Shown here: positions 18,898-27,593 of the stretch, one piece after another
Layout: every line of letters begins with the position of its first letter
Position numbering within the stretch: the first letter of the stretch is position 1
Source of the DNA: Alphaproteobacteria bacterium
GTDB taxonomy: Bacteria > Pseudomonadota > Alphaproteobacteria > Micavibrionales > UBA2020
Length of the DNA: 64,000 nt
Assembly (NCBI GenBank): GCA_041287865.1
Contig: JBGGMV010000037.1
Coordinates: 4,614-68,613, forward strand
Direction of reading: 5' to 3'
Position numbers and translations under genes: made by a program
The notes under the pieces: model-generated
Told to the model about the DNA's origin: nothing
The model's input: only the letters and a program-made list of their open reading frames with translations
Database searches by the model: none

Positions 18898-21436
18898 GCA
18901 GCTCGGGCACCGGCTGTGCGGCGCGTTTTTCCACACTGACGGGCGGCGCGAAAACCGGATAGAGCAGCGAACAGCCGTCACGGTACAGCCGCAAGCTTTT
19001 CACGCCATATTCCCATGCCTGCAGCGACAGTTTCGCCACGTCTTCGATAGCGGCGTGGTGCGGCAGCTCGACCGTATGGGCGACGGCGCCTGAAATAAAG
19101 CTTTCGATGCCGGCCTGCATCCGCACCTGCGCCTGCGGCGATACGCTGCGCACGCTGACATTTCCCGCCACGCAGTCGAAGACCGGCAGGTGCTTTTCCT
19201 TCAGGTGCGGCGCGCCCTGCAGCGTCATCGCGCCGCAGCAGTAGAGGTTCGCGGCGTCGATATCATCCTCGGAAAAGCCAAGGGCGGAGAGCATGTCAAA
19301 GGCGCTGTCCTCGATCGCGGCGGCGGGCAGGCCCAGCATATGGCGGCAGAAATCCGCGCCCAGCGTCCATTTGTTGAAGGCGTAGCGGATATGCTGCGCC
19401 GAATGCAGCGCGGCCTCCAGCGCATCCAGCGCTGCCTGATGGAACCCTTTTTCGCGCAAAGAGGCGTGGTTGATGGCGGGCGCGTCCAGCAGCGTGCCGT
19501 GGCCAGCGGCGTAGAAATGGATGTCTTCTTCCTGCTGCACGCTGTAGCCGAGCTTTTTCAGAGCGCGGGCGGCCATGGGGTTGATCTTCTTGCCATAGAT
19601 GGCGTCGCGCGAAATATCGCCGTAATAGCCTTCGAACCTGACCAAACTTGCTTCGGGCGCGATATCGCGCGTCTGCGCACCCAGCAGGTGCTGCGTTTCG
19701 ATAGATGTTCCCACCGCCGTCAGGTGTGCGTGGCGGAAACCGTGCTGGCGGCCCGCGGCATAGGCGGCCTCCCACGTGGCGCGCGCGGCTTCGGCAAGCG
19801 CCGTATCGGGGCAGAGCGAAGCCTTCATCTGCACGGGGCGGCGCGTCATGCCTTTTTGCATGGCGGATGCGCCGTTCAGCGCGGTGATTTTATCCTTCAC
19901 CGCCTGCAGGTGGTCTTTTTCAAGCAGGCGGTACATGTCATAAGGACCAGCCGCAGCGGCGATGTCGGCCGAAGTGAGCTGAGCCGCCGCCGACACAAGC
20001 GCGGCCACCAGCCCCGCCGTCGCACGGCCTTCGTCGCTGTCATAGGCAAGGGCGGAACCCATCAGCAGCGCCGCAAATCCGGTCATGCCGATATCAATCG
20101 GACGATAGGCGCGCGTTTTGTCGGAGACAGTCGCAAGGCCGAACGAGCCCTCCAGCGCGATGGCGATCAATTGCGTTGCGTGAACCAGCAGCGCGGCGTC
20201 AACAACGCCCTCGCCCTTCTGGAAGGCGGGAAGATTGAGCACAGCGCCCGGCGCTTCGGTGCCGGGCAGGAAGACAAGGCCGGATTCCAGACCCGGCCCC
20301 TGCGCGCCCCAGATTCCGGCGGCGCTGTCACGGAAGAACAATCCCGGCTCGCCCGATGACCACATGGCAGCGGTGATTTTTTCCCACAGCTTGTCGGCTG
20401 GATAATGCCGCTGCCCGCCCAGCAGGAAACCGTGGCCGGTCAGCGCGCGTTCGATAAATTCGTCCGGCAACGAGAGCACGGCAGAAAGCGAGGCGGGCGA
20501 CGGGTCTTCCTGCGTGCGCGGCAGGTCGATATCCTCGAACCCCTGTTCGGCGCGCGAAATCGCCATGCGGATCGCGGCCTCGGCCACGCCGGCGGCGCGG
20601 GCGGATTCCATCGCAAGGTAAAGGTCGCGGTTATAGACGGGATCAAAACCGCGCAGGTTGCCACGGTCGCAGGCGTCCATCACGCCATGCAGCGCCTGCC
20701 GCAGGGTGGAGGCGCCAAGGGCGCGGGAAATATCGTCGACGTCGCTGCGCAGTTTTTGTTCCGCGAAGCCGGGGCTGGACAGGTTTTCAACCGGCAGCAC
20801 CACGGCGGCCTTCGCATTATCCAGCGCGAACCTTGCGCCAAGGATGCCCACGCGCTTCAGGATATCGGCACGACTGTCGTCAGCCGCCACCATGGCGGAG
20901 ACGCCCGTCACCACTGGCATGTTTTCGCTGAAAGCCGCGATGCCGGCGGCGGGCACAAAGCCCGCTTCAAGGCCATAGGCCCAGTTCAATCCGGCCATAG
21001 CCAGCAACTGCGGCTCCGGCATCGCCATCTGGCAGGCAACAAGACGCTGGAATTCGTCGAAGAAGATGCGCGCGTCGTCCTCGCCGTCAAAAATACCCGC
21101 CTGCCATGCGTGATAGCAAAGCCCGCCCGCGACCCGATGCAGCACCTCGCGGAAGTCGCGCTCGTAGCGGTAGCGCGATTCGGCCGAAATACCGTCGAGG
21201 TCGTCATCGGCCACGCGGCGGCAGAGCCATTCCGGCACGCCCTCTTCCTGCACGGCGCGCGTCAGCGCGGGCAGCGATCCGCGGTAAAAAACCTTTTCAA
21301 TCAGCAGCTCAGCCGCCGCCGCGCCCCAGCTGGCCGGCACGATGTACTCCAGCCAGTCCTCGCCCTTGTGCACGCGCCATGACAGGCCCTCGAAGGGGCC
21401 CTGGTCGGCGCGTGTCTGCAGGCGGTTCAAGCGCAT
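18881..21436 (-). CDS. Class II (B12-dependent) ribonucleotide reductase homologue, apparently lacking catalytic motifs
   Basis: 851-aa intact ORF with several NrdJ-like blocks: HRVAGGLCYHAWQAGIFDGEDDARIFFDEF, YRPIDIGMTGFAALLMGSALAYDSDEGRA, YAFNKWTLGADFC, LYCCGAMTLQGAPHLKEKHLPVFDC and LRLYRDGCSL. I cannot find the SACF, GSGxG or NPC(S/G)E motifs, or the long C-terminal tail. Confidence 0.75.
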   Translation of the reverse strand: MRLNRLQTRADQGPFEGLSWRVHKGEDWLEYIVPASWGAAAAELLIEKVFYRGSLPALTRAVQEEGVPEWLCRRVADDDLDGISAESRYRYERDFREVLHRVAGGLCYHAWQAGIFDGEDDARIFFDEFQRLVACQMAMPEPQLLAMAGLNWAYGLEAGFVPAAGIAAFSENMPVVTGVSAMVAADDSRADILKRVGILGARFALDNAKAAVVLPVENLSSPGFAEQKLRSDVDDISRALGASTLRQALHGVMDACDRGNLRGFDPVYNRDLYLAMESARAAGVAEAAIRMAISRAEQGFEDIDLPRTQEDPSPASLSAVLSLPDEFIERALTGHGFLLGGQRHYPADKLWEKITAAMWSSGEPGLFFRDSAAGIWGAQGPGLESGLVFLPGTEAPGAVLNLPAFQKGEGVVDAALLVHATQLIAIALEGSFGLATVSDKTRAYRPIDIGMTGFAALLMGSALAYDSDEGRATAGLVAALVSAAAQLTSADIAAAAGPYDMYRLLEKDHLQAVKDKITALNGASAMQKGMTRRPVQMKASLCPDTALAEAARATWEAAYAAGRQHGFRHAHLTAVGTSIETQHLLGAQTRDIAPEASLVRFEGYYGDISRDAIYGKKINPMAARALKKLGYSVQQEEDIHFYAAGHGTLLDAPAINHASLREKGFHQAALDALEAALHSAQHIRYAFNKWTLGADFCRHMLGLPAAAIEDSAFDMLSALGFSEDDIDAANLYCCGAMTLQGAPHLKEKHLPVFDCVAGNVSVRSVSPQAQVRMQAGIESFISGAVAHTVELPHHAAIEDVAKLSLQAWEYGVKSLRLYRDGCSLLYPVFAPPVSVEKRAAQPVPELLKAAS

Positions 21437-21617
21437 TTCGTAACCCGCTGGAAAAACAGGGAAAACTTATAGATGTTCCGTAGTGGAATGGCTGTGACTG
21501 TGGCATAGGCGCACAGGCTGATCAACGAATGATTTTCCAGGGCGTTTTTGCCAAGAAAAACATTGCGCTTTCCCAAGGGTTAAGCGTATTTAGGATGTTA
21601 CGGAACGGTGAAAAACA

Positions 21618-22007
21618 ATGGCTAAATTTTTCATATTTAGCGTACTGAGCAATGTCTCCATGCTGCTGCATACCACCTTTTGCGGCAAGGCTGCGGGACA
21701 GGATCATCTCGGCAACCGCTATTATCGCGGCAAGCCCCGCTTCAAGGGCGGGCGCGAACGCCGCTGGGTGATTTACAAGAACGAGATCGAGGCTTCGCTG
21801 GTTCCGCCGGAATGGCACGGCTGGCTGCACCACCAGACGGACGTTGTGCCGCCGCGCGACAGCCGCCACCGCAAGGATTGGCAGAAACCGCACCAGCCCA
21901 ACGTCACCGGCACCGACGCGGCATACCTGCCGCCCGGCCATACCCTCAAGGGCGGCAAACGCGACGCCGCCACCGGCGACTACACCGCCTGGCAACCCCC
22001 GCAGTAA
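21618..22007 (+). CDS. NDUFA12-family (complex I 17.2-kDa subunit-like) protein
   Basis: 129 aa with GNRYYRGKPRF..RRWVIYKNEIEASLVPPEWHGWLHHQTD, the signature of bacterial NDUFA12 homologues. Confidence 0.85.
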   Translation: MAKFFIFSVLSNVSMLLHTTFCGKAAGQDHLGNRYYRGKPRFKGGRERRWVIYKNEIEASLVPPEWHGWLHHQTDVVPPRDSRHRKDWQKPHQPNVTGTDAAYLPPGHTLKGGKRDAATGDYTAWQPPQ

Positions 22008-22026
22008 ATAAAAGGCAAGTAAAGTA

Positions 22027-22518
22027 ATGCAACGCAATATCGTCGAAACAATTCTGGGCGCGGTCGTGCTGCTGGTGGCGGGGGCCTTCCTGCTCTTCTT
22101 CTACCGCTCGACCGATATCGCCCCCGCGACGGGCTATGAAATCCAGGCGCGCTTCGACAAGATCGACGGCCTTGAAGCCGGCAGCCCCGTGCGCATCAGC
22201 GGCGTGAAGGTCGGGCAGGTGATGGGCTTCGAGCTTGACCCCGAATCTTTCCGCGCCATCGTCCACATGAACCTCGACAATTCGATCAAGCTGCCGACCG
22301 ACACCGCTGCCGTGATTTCGAGCGCGGGTTTGCTGGATGGCAAGTTCCTCTCGCTCCAGCCCGGCAACGAGGATGAGATCCTGAAGGACCGCGGCGAGAT
22401 CACGCTGACGCAGTCCACCCCCAGCCTTGAACAGCTGCTGGGACAAGTCATCTTCAGCCTGACCAGCAAGAAGGATGACGGCGGCGGTGAAGAAACGCCC
22501 GCACCGGCCACGCCCTGA
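22027..22518 (+). CDS. mlaD: Outer-membrane lipid asymmetry maintenance protein MlaD
   Basis: 163 aa. N-terminal TM MQRNIVETILGAVVLLVAGAFLLFF followed by an MCE domain. The NDUFA12-mlaD-DUF2155 synteny is conserved. Confidence 0.85.
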   Translation: MQRNIVETILGAVVLLVAGAFLLFFYRSTDIAPATGYEIQARFDKIDGLEAGSPVRISGVKVGQVMGFELDPESFRAIVHMNLDNSIKLPTDTAAVISSAGLLDGKFLSLQPGNEDEILKDRGEITLTQSTPSLEQLLGQVIFSLTSKKDDGGGEETPAPATP

Positions 22519-23219
22519 TGCGCCTTTTAGCCGCCATTGTCTTGCTTGGCCTGATGATGCCTCTGCCCGCGCTGGCGCAGGAAGACGCTGCCGCCCCTGA
22601 CGTGGCGCCGATGCCCGCCCCTGCTGCGCCGGCACGCAAGATGGAAGACACCCCCACCGTCGTACTGCGCACCGTCGACAAGCTATCGGCGCGCACGCAT
22701 ACCTTCGACATCCCGGTCGACAAGACCGTCAAGTTCGGCAATTCGCTGTTTATCAAGGTCCGCGCCTGCCGCCGCGCCTCGCCGCTCGACAAGCCTGAAT
22801 CGGCCGCTTTCCTGCAGGTCTGGGAGCGCAAGCCGTCGGAAGATATCTCCAGCTGGATTTTCAGCGGCTGGATGTTCGCCTCCAACCCCTCCCTCTCCGC
22901 CATGGACCATCCGGTCTATGACGTCTGGGTGATCGAGTGCAAGAACGCCTCGACCTCGGCCAAGTCGCAGGAAACATTCTCGTCCGAAACCGCGCCCGCG
23001 CATGCGCCCGACAGCGCAGCCTCCGTGGCCAAGCTGCCCGTCGCAGGTGAAACGCCGATTGTCGAAGCCGCGCCCGCCGCAGCCAAGCCGGAAGACAAAA
23101 AGCCCGCCCCCGCTGCGCCCGCCGCCGCCGATGCGCCCCGCCCCGCTGGCGTGCCCGCTTTGGACGCCCTGCCGGGTTCTTTCGAGGGCGGCGAAGAGGC
23201 TCCCGTCACGGATGATTGA
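22518..23219 (+). CDS. DUF2155-domain periplasmic protein with Ala/Pro-rich tail
   Basis: 233 aa with a signal peptide. The block LRTVDKLSARTHTFDIPVDKTVKFGNSLFIKVRACRRASPLDKPESAAFLQVWE matches DUF2155 as I remember it. Confidence 0.75.
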   Translation: MRLLAAIVLLGLMMPLPALAQEDAAAPDVAPMPAPAAPARKMEDTPTVVLRTVDKLSARTHTFDIPVDKTVKFGNSLFIKVRACRRASPLDKPESAAFLQVWERKPSEDISSWIFSGWMFASNPSLSAMDHPVYDVWVIECKNASTSAKSQETFSSETAPAHAPDSAASVAKLPVAGETPIVEAAPAAAKPEDKKPAPAAPAAADAPRPAGVPALDALPGSFEGGEEAPVTDD

Positions 23220-23803
23220 GCATTAAAGGCAACGTCCTTCGTCAGCGCAGGCGCAAGGCGTTTCAGGTATTCCTCGCGCGTAATCTCCTCGATCCCGAAC
23301 TGCTTCAGGTGCTCGTTCACGAACTGCGTGTCGAAGAGCACATAGCCTAAAGCCTTCAGCCTTGCGCAAAGATGCACCAGCGCGATCTTGCTGGCGTCGG
23401 TGCGTACCGAAAACATGCTCTCGCCGAAAAACGCTCCGCCAATGGCAATACCATAGACACCACCCGCCAGCACCTCGCCGTCCCAGGCCTCGACGCTATG
23501 CGCATGCCCCTGGCCGTGCAGCGTGGTGTAAAGGCCGATGATTTCATCGTTGATCCATGTCTCGGGGCGTGTGTCAGCGCAGCCGCGGATCACGCCGTCG
23601 AAAGCGCGGTCAAAGGTAATCGGGTAAGGTTGCTGGCGAATACGGCGCACTAGGCGCTTCGGCACATGCAGCCGGTCGAGCGGCAGCACGCCACGCTTGC
23701 CTGCTTCGTACCATTTGATTTCCGGCGCATCGCGCGCCTCGGCCATCGGGAAGACGCCCATGCGATAGGCCTGCAGGACAAGCTCGGGCGTAATACGCGT
23801 CAT
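22916..23803 (-). CDS. aat: Leucyl/phenylalanyl-tRNA--protein transferase with an unusual C-terminal extension of about 95 aa
   Basis: 295-aa ORF. The Aat core runs from MTRITPELVLQAYRMGVFPMAE to about ..EYLKRLAPAL. The reading frame then continues without a stop, antisense to the tail of the DUF2155 gene. Confidence 0.8.
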   Translation of the reverse strand: MTRITPELVLQAYRMGVFPMAEARDAPEIKWYEAGKRGVLPLDRLHVPKRLVRRIRQQPYPITFDRAFDGVIRGCADTRPETWINDEIIGLYTTLHGQGHAHSVEAWDGEVLAGGVYGIAIGGAFFGESMFSVRTDASKIALVHLCARLKALGYVLFDTQFVNEHLKQFGIEEITREEYLKRLAPALTKDVAFNAQSSVTGASSPPSKEPGRASKAGTPAGRGASAAAGAAGAGFLSSGLAAAGAASTIGVSPATGSLATEAALSGACAGAVSDENVSCDLAEVEAFLHSITQTS

Positions 23804-24309
23804 AATTTTTTTGTCAGCTTCAGCGTCAGCATATCGTCGATGGGCTTAAGCTCGCCCATCGTCACGGGCACTTCGTCATAGGCCGCACCGGCGCCGTCGG
23901 GCATATAGCCGAGCCGCACGTAAAGTCGCTGCGCGGCGCCAAAGCGGCCGTGGAGCCCGACGCTGATGCCCATTTCGCCGCTGCCGCGCTGCCGTGCGAT
24001 CGCCTCGCAATGCGCCACCAGCGCCTCGCCCACGCCCTGTCGGCGAAAGCCGGGGATGACGTTGAGGTCCTGTATCTCGGGGATGCCGAGCCGGCGGAAC
24101 GGCGGGTAAAGCGGGTTGAGGTTCAACTGCACATAGCCGAAGGCGCGGCCGTCGCTTTCCGAGACGTAAATCAGCCGGCGGCCTTCGTCCTGCTCCAGCA
24201 TGCAGCGCTCGAAATAATGCGCTTCGTGCTGCGCCTTCATCTCGTTCGCGATGGCGTAGAGGGAGGGAATGTCGGCCTGTGTCGCCGCCTTGATCGTTGC
24301 CATTTTCAT
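23800..24309 (-). CDS. GNAT-family N-acetyltransferase
   Basis: 169 aa with acetyl-CoA binding motif A, FRRQGVGEALVAHCEAIARQRG. Overlaps the aat start by 4 nt. Confidence 0.8.
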   Translation of the reverse strand: MKMATIKAATQADIPSLYAIANEMKAQHEAHYFERCMLEQDEGRRLIYVSESDGRAFGYVQLNLNPLYPPFRRLGIPEIQDLNVIPGFRRQGVGEALVAHCEAIARQRGSGEMGISVGLHGRFGAAQRLYVRLGYMPDGAGAAYDEVPVTMGELKPIDDMLTLKLTKKL

Positions 24310-24402
24310 ATCGCTCGTTCGGTCTGCGGGTCAGGCCATGCTAGCCCTTTTTGCTGGCTTTGGCACCCCAAAAGGGGGAATACTTGAACAAGGAGTTGCC
24401 CC

Positions 24403-25371
24403 ATGGAAGAGACACGCGCCTGCCTGCTGAGCTATGCCTTCGACGGCGAAGGCGGCGGCCGCCTGCTTGATCTCGCGACAATTGCGGACGACGACCAGCG
24501 TTTTATCTGGATCCACCTCAACGGCCGCCATGCCGACGCGAAACGGTTCATCAAAGACCAGCTGAAGCTCGACCCGCTGCTGCAAAAGGCGCTGCTGGCC
24601 GAAGAAATGCGCCCGCGGCTGGAAGAACGCGGTGCCAACGCGCTGCTGCTGCTGCGCGGCATCAACTTCCATCCCGGCCCGACGCCGGAAGACCTTGTTT
24701 CTATCCGCCTCTGGATCAACGGCAACCGCATCATCAGCGTCAGCCGCCGCAAAAGCCGCGCCGTATCCGACATGGACGACCGCGTCAAGCAGGGCATCGG
24801 CCCCAAGCGCGTGGGCGAATTCATCGCCATGCTCTGCAGCAGCCTGAACGACGGCATCGAGCCCGCTATCCTCGACCTCGACGAAACCGTCGACCGGCTG
24901 GAGGAAATATCGCTGGAAAGCCCAGATACGAACCTGCGCAACGACATCGCCGCGATCCGCAAGCAGGCGACGCTGTTCAAGCGCCATATGTCGCCGCAGC
25001 GCGACGTTTATTCGCGCCTTTACATCTCGCAGCTGAACTGCCTGACGCCGGCCGACAAATGGCTGATGCAGGACAACAACGACCGCATGACGCGCTTCCT
25101 CGAAGACCTCGACGTCTTACGCGAACGCTCGCAGATTTTGCAGGACGAGCTCACCTCGGCCCTGTCGTCCAAGCTCAACAAGAACCTTTACATCCTCTCC
25201 ATCATCACCGCGCTGTTCATGCCGCTCAGCTTCTTCAGCGGGCTTCTGGGCATGAACCTTTCCGGCATCCCGGGCGCGTCGCACCCGATGTCGTTTGGCA
25301 TCGCCTGCGGCATCGCCGTGATGATCGCGCTCTGCGAAGTTCTCATCTTCAAGAAGCTGAAGTGGTTCTAG
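24403..25371 (+). CDS. CorA/ZntB-family divalent metal transporter
   Basis: 322 aa with two C-terminal TM helices flanking the GLLGMNLSGIPG (GMN-type) motif. Confidence 0.85.
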   Translation: MEETRACLLSYAFDGEGGGRLLDLATIADDDQRFIWIHLNGRHADAKRFIKDQLKLDPLLQKALLAEEMRPRLEERGANALLLLRGINFHPGPTPEDLVSIRLWINGNRIISVSRRKSRAVSDMDDRVKQGIGPKRVGEFIAMLCSSLNDGIEPAILDLDETVDRLEEISLESPDTNLRNDIAAIRKQATLFKRHMSPQRDVYSRLYISQLNCLTPADKWLMQDNNDRMTRFLEDLDVLRERSQILQDELTSALSSKLNKNLYILSIITALFMPLSFFSGLLGMNLSGIPGASHPMSFGIACGIAVMIALCEVLIFKKLKWF

Positions 25372-25421
25372 GATTGCCATAATGCCCCTGTAGCCGGCTA
25401 TTTCTGTTGCAATAGACGAAC

Positions 25422-25967
25422 GTGGCAAGCAAGATAATTCATTCCATATTTGCAAAGGATGAGCGCGTGGGCGCCAGGAAAAAATATGCTGTGCTGGTCA
25501 TGCTGCTGGTCATGCTGGCGGCGGCGATCGCCAATTTCCTGATGGTCAACGAGGCCTATGACACATCCATGAAACGGCTGTCGGCGCCTGCGGGCGACAG
25601 TGCTGCGGCTTCGTCCCCCGGCGCGCGGCATCAACGGCTCAACAGGGAAGATTCCCAGACGATTGTTTATCGGGGCCGCAGCTGGCGCGGCGATGTTTCG
25701 CTGAACAAATTAGACAACGGCAGCTATGAAATTACCGTGCGGGCGAGCAACAAAAAGAATGAAACTGTTCCCCTGACATCTTTTGAAATCGACGTGCGCC
25801 GGCCCGATAGCGACCGGCCCATCCTGATGCCGGTTTTCAACCAGAAGGGCGACGGGTATTTCACCGCGACCGTCACGTTTCCGGGACCGGGCGACTGGGA
25901 AGTGCGCATGCGGATGCACCGCGGCAACCAGACGCTTGAATTCGCGCGCCGCTTCCGCATCAAGTGA
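25422..25967 (+). CDS. Membrane-anchored FixH/YtkA-like Ig-fold protein (start uncertain)
   Basis: 181 aa with one N-terminal TM (AVLVMLLVMLAAAIANFLMV). The C-terminal domain YEITVRASNKKNETVPLTSFEIDVRRPD...FTATVTFPGPGDWEVRMRM resembles FixH-like domains. Confidence 0.5.
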   Translation: MASKIIHSIFAKDERVGARKKYAVLVMLLVMLAAAIANFLMVNEAYDTSMKRLSAPAGDSAAASSPGARHQRLNREDSQTIVYRGRSWRGDVSLNKLDNGSYEITVRASNKKNETVPLTSFEIDVRRPDSDRPILMPVFNQKGDGYFTATVTFPGPGDWEVRMRMHRGNQTLEFARRFRIK

Positions 25968-25970
25968 TTT

Positions 25971-26486
25971 TTATTTAACCGGCAGCTCGTAGAAAAACTC
26001 GGTTTCTTTTTCGCCGTTGTACCAGACCGTTTCCTTCGCGCCCGTGAACTTGAAGCCGAAGCGCTGGTTGGCGCGTTTCGATACCGCATTGCTCTTGCGG
26101 TGCGAGACGACGAGTTTCTTGATCGTCGGATGCGCCCTGGCCCAGGCGATGCGGGCTTCGTACATCTTGCGCGACAGGCCTTTGTTGCGCCACGCGGGCT
26201 CCAGCCACGAACCCCAGAGTTTGCCGGTCTGAGCCGCATCATCGTTACGGTCAACAGCGACGCCCGTCATGCCGATGGGCTGGCCGTCGTTGAAGACGCC
26301 GAGGACGAGGAATTTCGGATCGCTGAGGCGTTCCTGCCAGTGGTTGTCGGCCAGCACCTTTTCCTCGTCATAGCGCGAGCCGAAAAATTTCGGATCGCTT
26401 TCCAGCGCGCGCAGGCGGGTTTCTTTATAAATCTGCCATTCGTCGGGGCGAAAAGCACGGACCTCGATGCCGGGATATTCTGCCAT
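25971..26486 (-). CDS. GNAT-family N-acetyltransferase
   Basis: 171 aa with a GNAT core (WRNKGLSRKMYEARIAWA). Last gene of a three-gene minus-strand operon. Confidence 0.8.
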   Translation of the reverse strand: MAEYPGIEVRAFRPDEWQIYKETRLRALESDPKFFGSRYDEEKVLADNHWQERLSDPKFLVLGVFNDGQPIGMTGVAVDRNDDAAQTGKLWGSWLEPAWRNKGLSRKMYEARIAWARAHPTIKKLVVSHRKSNAVSKRANQRFGFKFTGAKETVWYNGEKETEFFYELPVK

Positions 26487-26489
26487 GTC

Positions 26490-27593
26490 TCACCCCGCTT
26501 TTTTCTTCGCCAGCGCGTATTTGTCGGCTTCGTAGCCACGCAGGTATTGCGCGGGGATCGGGGGTTCCGCCCCCAGTTCCAGCGCGGCGTGGATCGGCCA
26601 ATAGGCGTCGCTGAGCAGTTTGCGCGCAAGGAAGACCATGTCGGCTTCGCCCTTCGCAATGATGTCGTTCGACTGCTGCGCCTGCGTGATCATGCCGACA
26701 GCGGCGGTGGCGATGCCCGCTTTTTCGCGGATTTCCTTGGCAAAAGGCACCTGGAAGCCGGGCGCGAAGGGAACCTTGGCGTCGCCTGTGACAAAGCCCG
26801 AAGAACAATCGATGAAATCAACGCCGATCGCTTTCAATTGCTGCGACAGCCTTGTGGTATCGGCGATGGTCAACCCGCCCTCCACCCAGTCGGTGCAGGA
26901 AAGGCGTACGCCCATGACGATATTCGCGGGAATGGCGGCGCGCACCATTTTTGCGATTTCAAGCGTCAGGCGGAAACGGTTTTCTTCCGACCCGCCGTAT
27001 TTGTCATCGCGCTTGTTGCTGAGCGGCGAGAGGAACTGGTGCAACAAGTATCCATGCGCACCATGCAGCTCGATGACTTGAAAGCCCGCCTTTACGGCGC
27101 GCAGCGCGCCCGCAACGAAAGCCTCTTTCAGTTTTTCGATTTCATCCAGCGTCAGCGCATGCGGCGCCGGATCGGTCGCGGTAAAGGGAATGGCGGAGGG
27201 TGCGACGGGCAGCCATCCGCCCTGACCGGGCAGCAGCGTCTTGTTGCTATCCCAAGGCCGCGCCTTCGAGGCCTTGCGGCCCGCATGGGCGATTTGAATA
27301 CCGGCGACAGCGCCGTTCGAGCGGATCACATCGGTCACGCGCTTCAGCGGTTCGATATGCGCATCCAGCCAGATGCCATTGCAACCGGGCGAAATACGCC
27401 CCTCGGGCGTCACATCGGTCATTTCCATGATGACCAGCCCCGCCCCGCCCGCCGCGCGCGATCCCAGGTGCACCACATGCCAGTCGGTGGCGAAACCGTC
27501 TTCCGACGAATACTGGCACATTGGCGACACGCCGATGCGGTTGCGGAATTCGAGCCCGCGCAAAGTGATGGGGGTGAAAAGGGGCGCTGTCAT
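26490..27593 (-). CDS. NADH:flavin oxidoreductase, Old Yellow Enzyme family (YqjM/NamA-like)
   Basis: 367 aa with LFTPITLRGLEFRNRIGVSPMCQYSS and ELHGAHGYLLHQFLSPLSN. Confidence 0.9.
   Translation of the reverse strand: MTAPLFTPITLRGLEFRNRIGVSPMCQYSSEDGFATDWHVVHLGSRAAGGAGLVIMEMTDVTPEGRISPGCNGIWLDAHIEPLKRVTDVIRSNGAVAGIQIAHAGRKASKARPWDSNKTLLPGQGGWLPVAPSAIPFTATDPAPHALTLDEIEKLKEAFVAGALRAVKAGFQVIELHGAHGYLLHQFLSPLSNKRDDKYGGSEENRFRLTLEIAKMVRAAIPANIVMGVRLSCTDWVEGGLTIADTTRLSQQLKAIGVDFIDCSSGFVTGDAKVPFAPGFQVPFAKEIREKAGIATAAVGMITQAQQSNDIIAKGEADMVFLARKLLSDAYWPIHAALELGAEPPIPAQYLRGYEADKYALAKKKAG

Noticed and set aside
18881-21436. Calling the NrdJ-like gene a pseudogene
   Set aside because: The 851-codon frame is uninterrupted, with a plausible start and many conserved structural blocks. 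Loss of catalytic motifs without frame decay fits a retained pseudoenzyme better than a decaying gene, so I annotated it as a CDS.
21437-21617. Possible cobalamin riboswitch upstream of the NrdJ-like gene
   Set aside because: B12-dependent RNR genes often carry one, so I read the minus-strand leader of about 180 nt. I could not find the conserved GGTG..AA.CC / GCCACTG core arrangement, only a loose GCCACAG. Without a covariance-model scan I do not call it.
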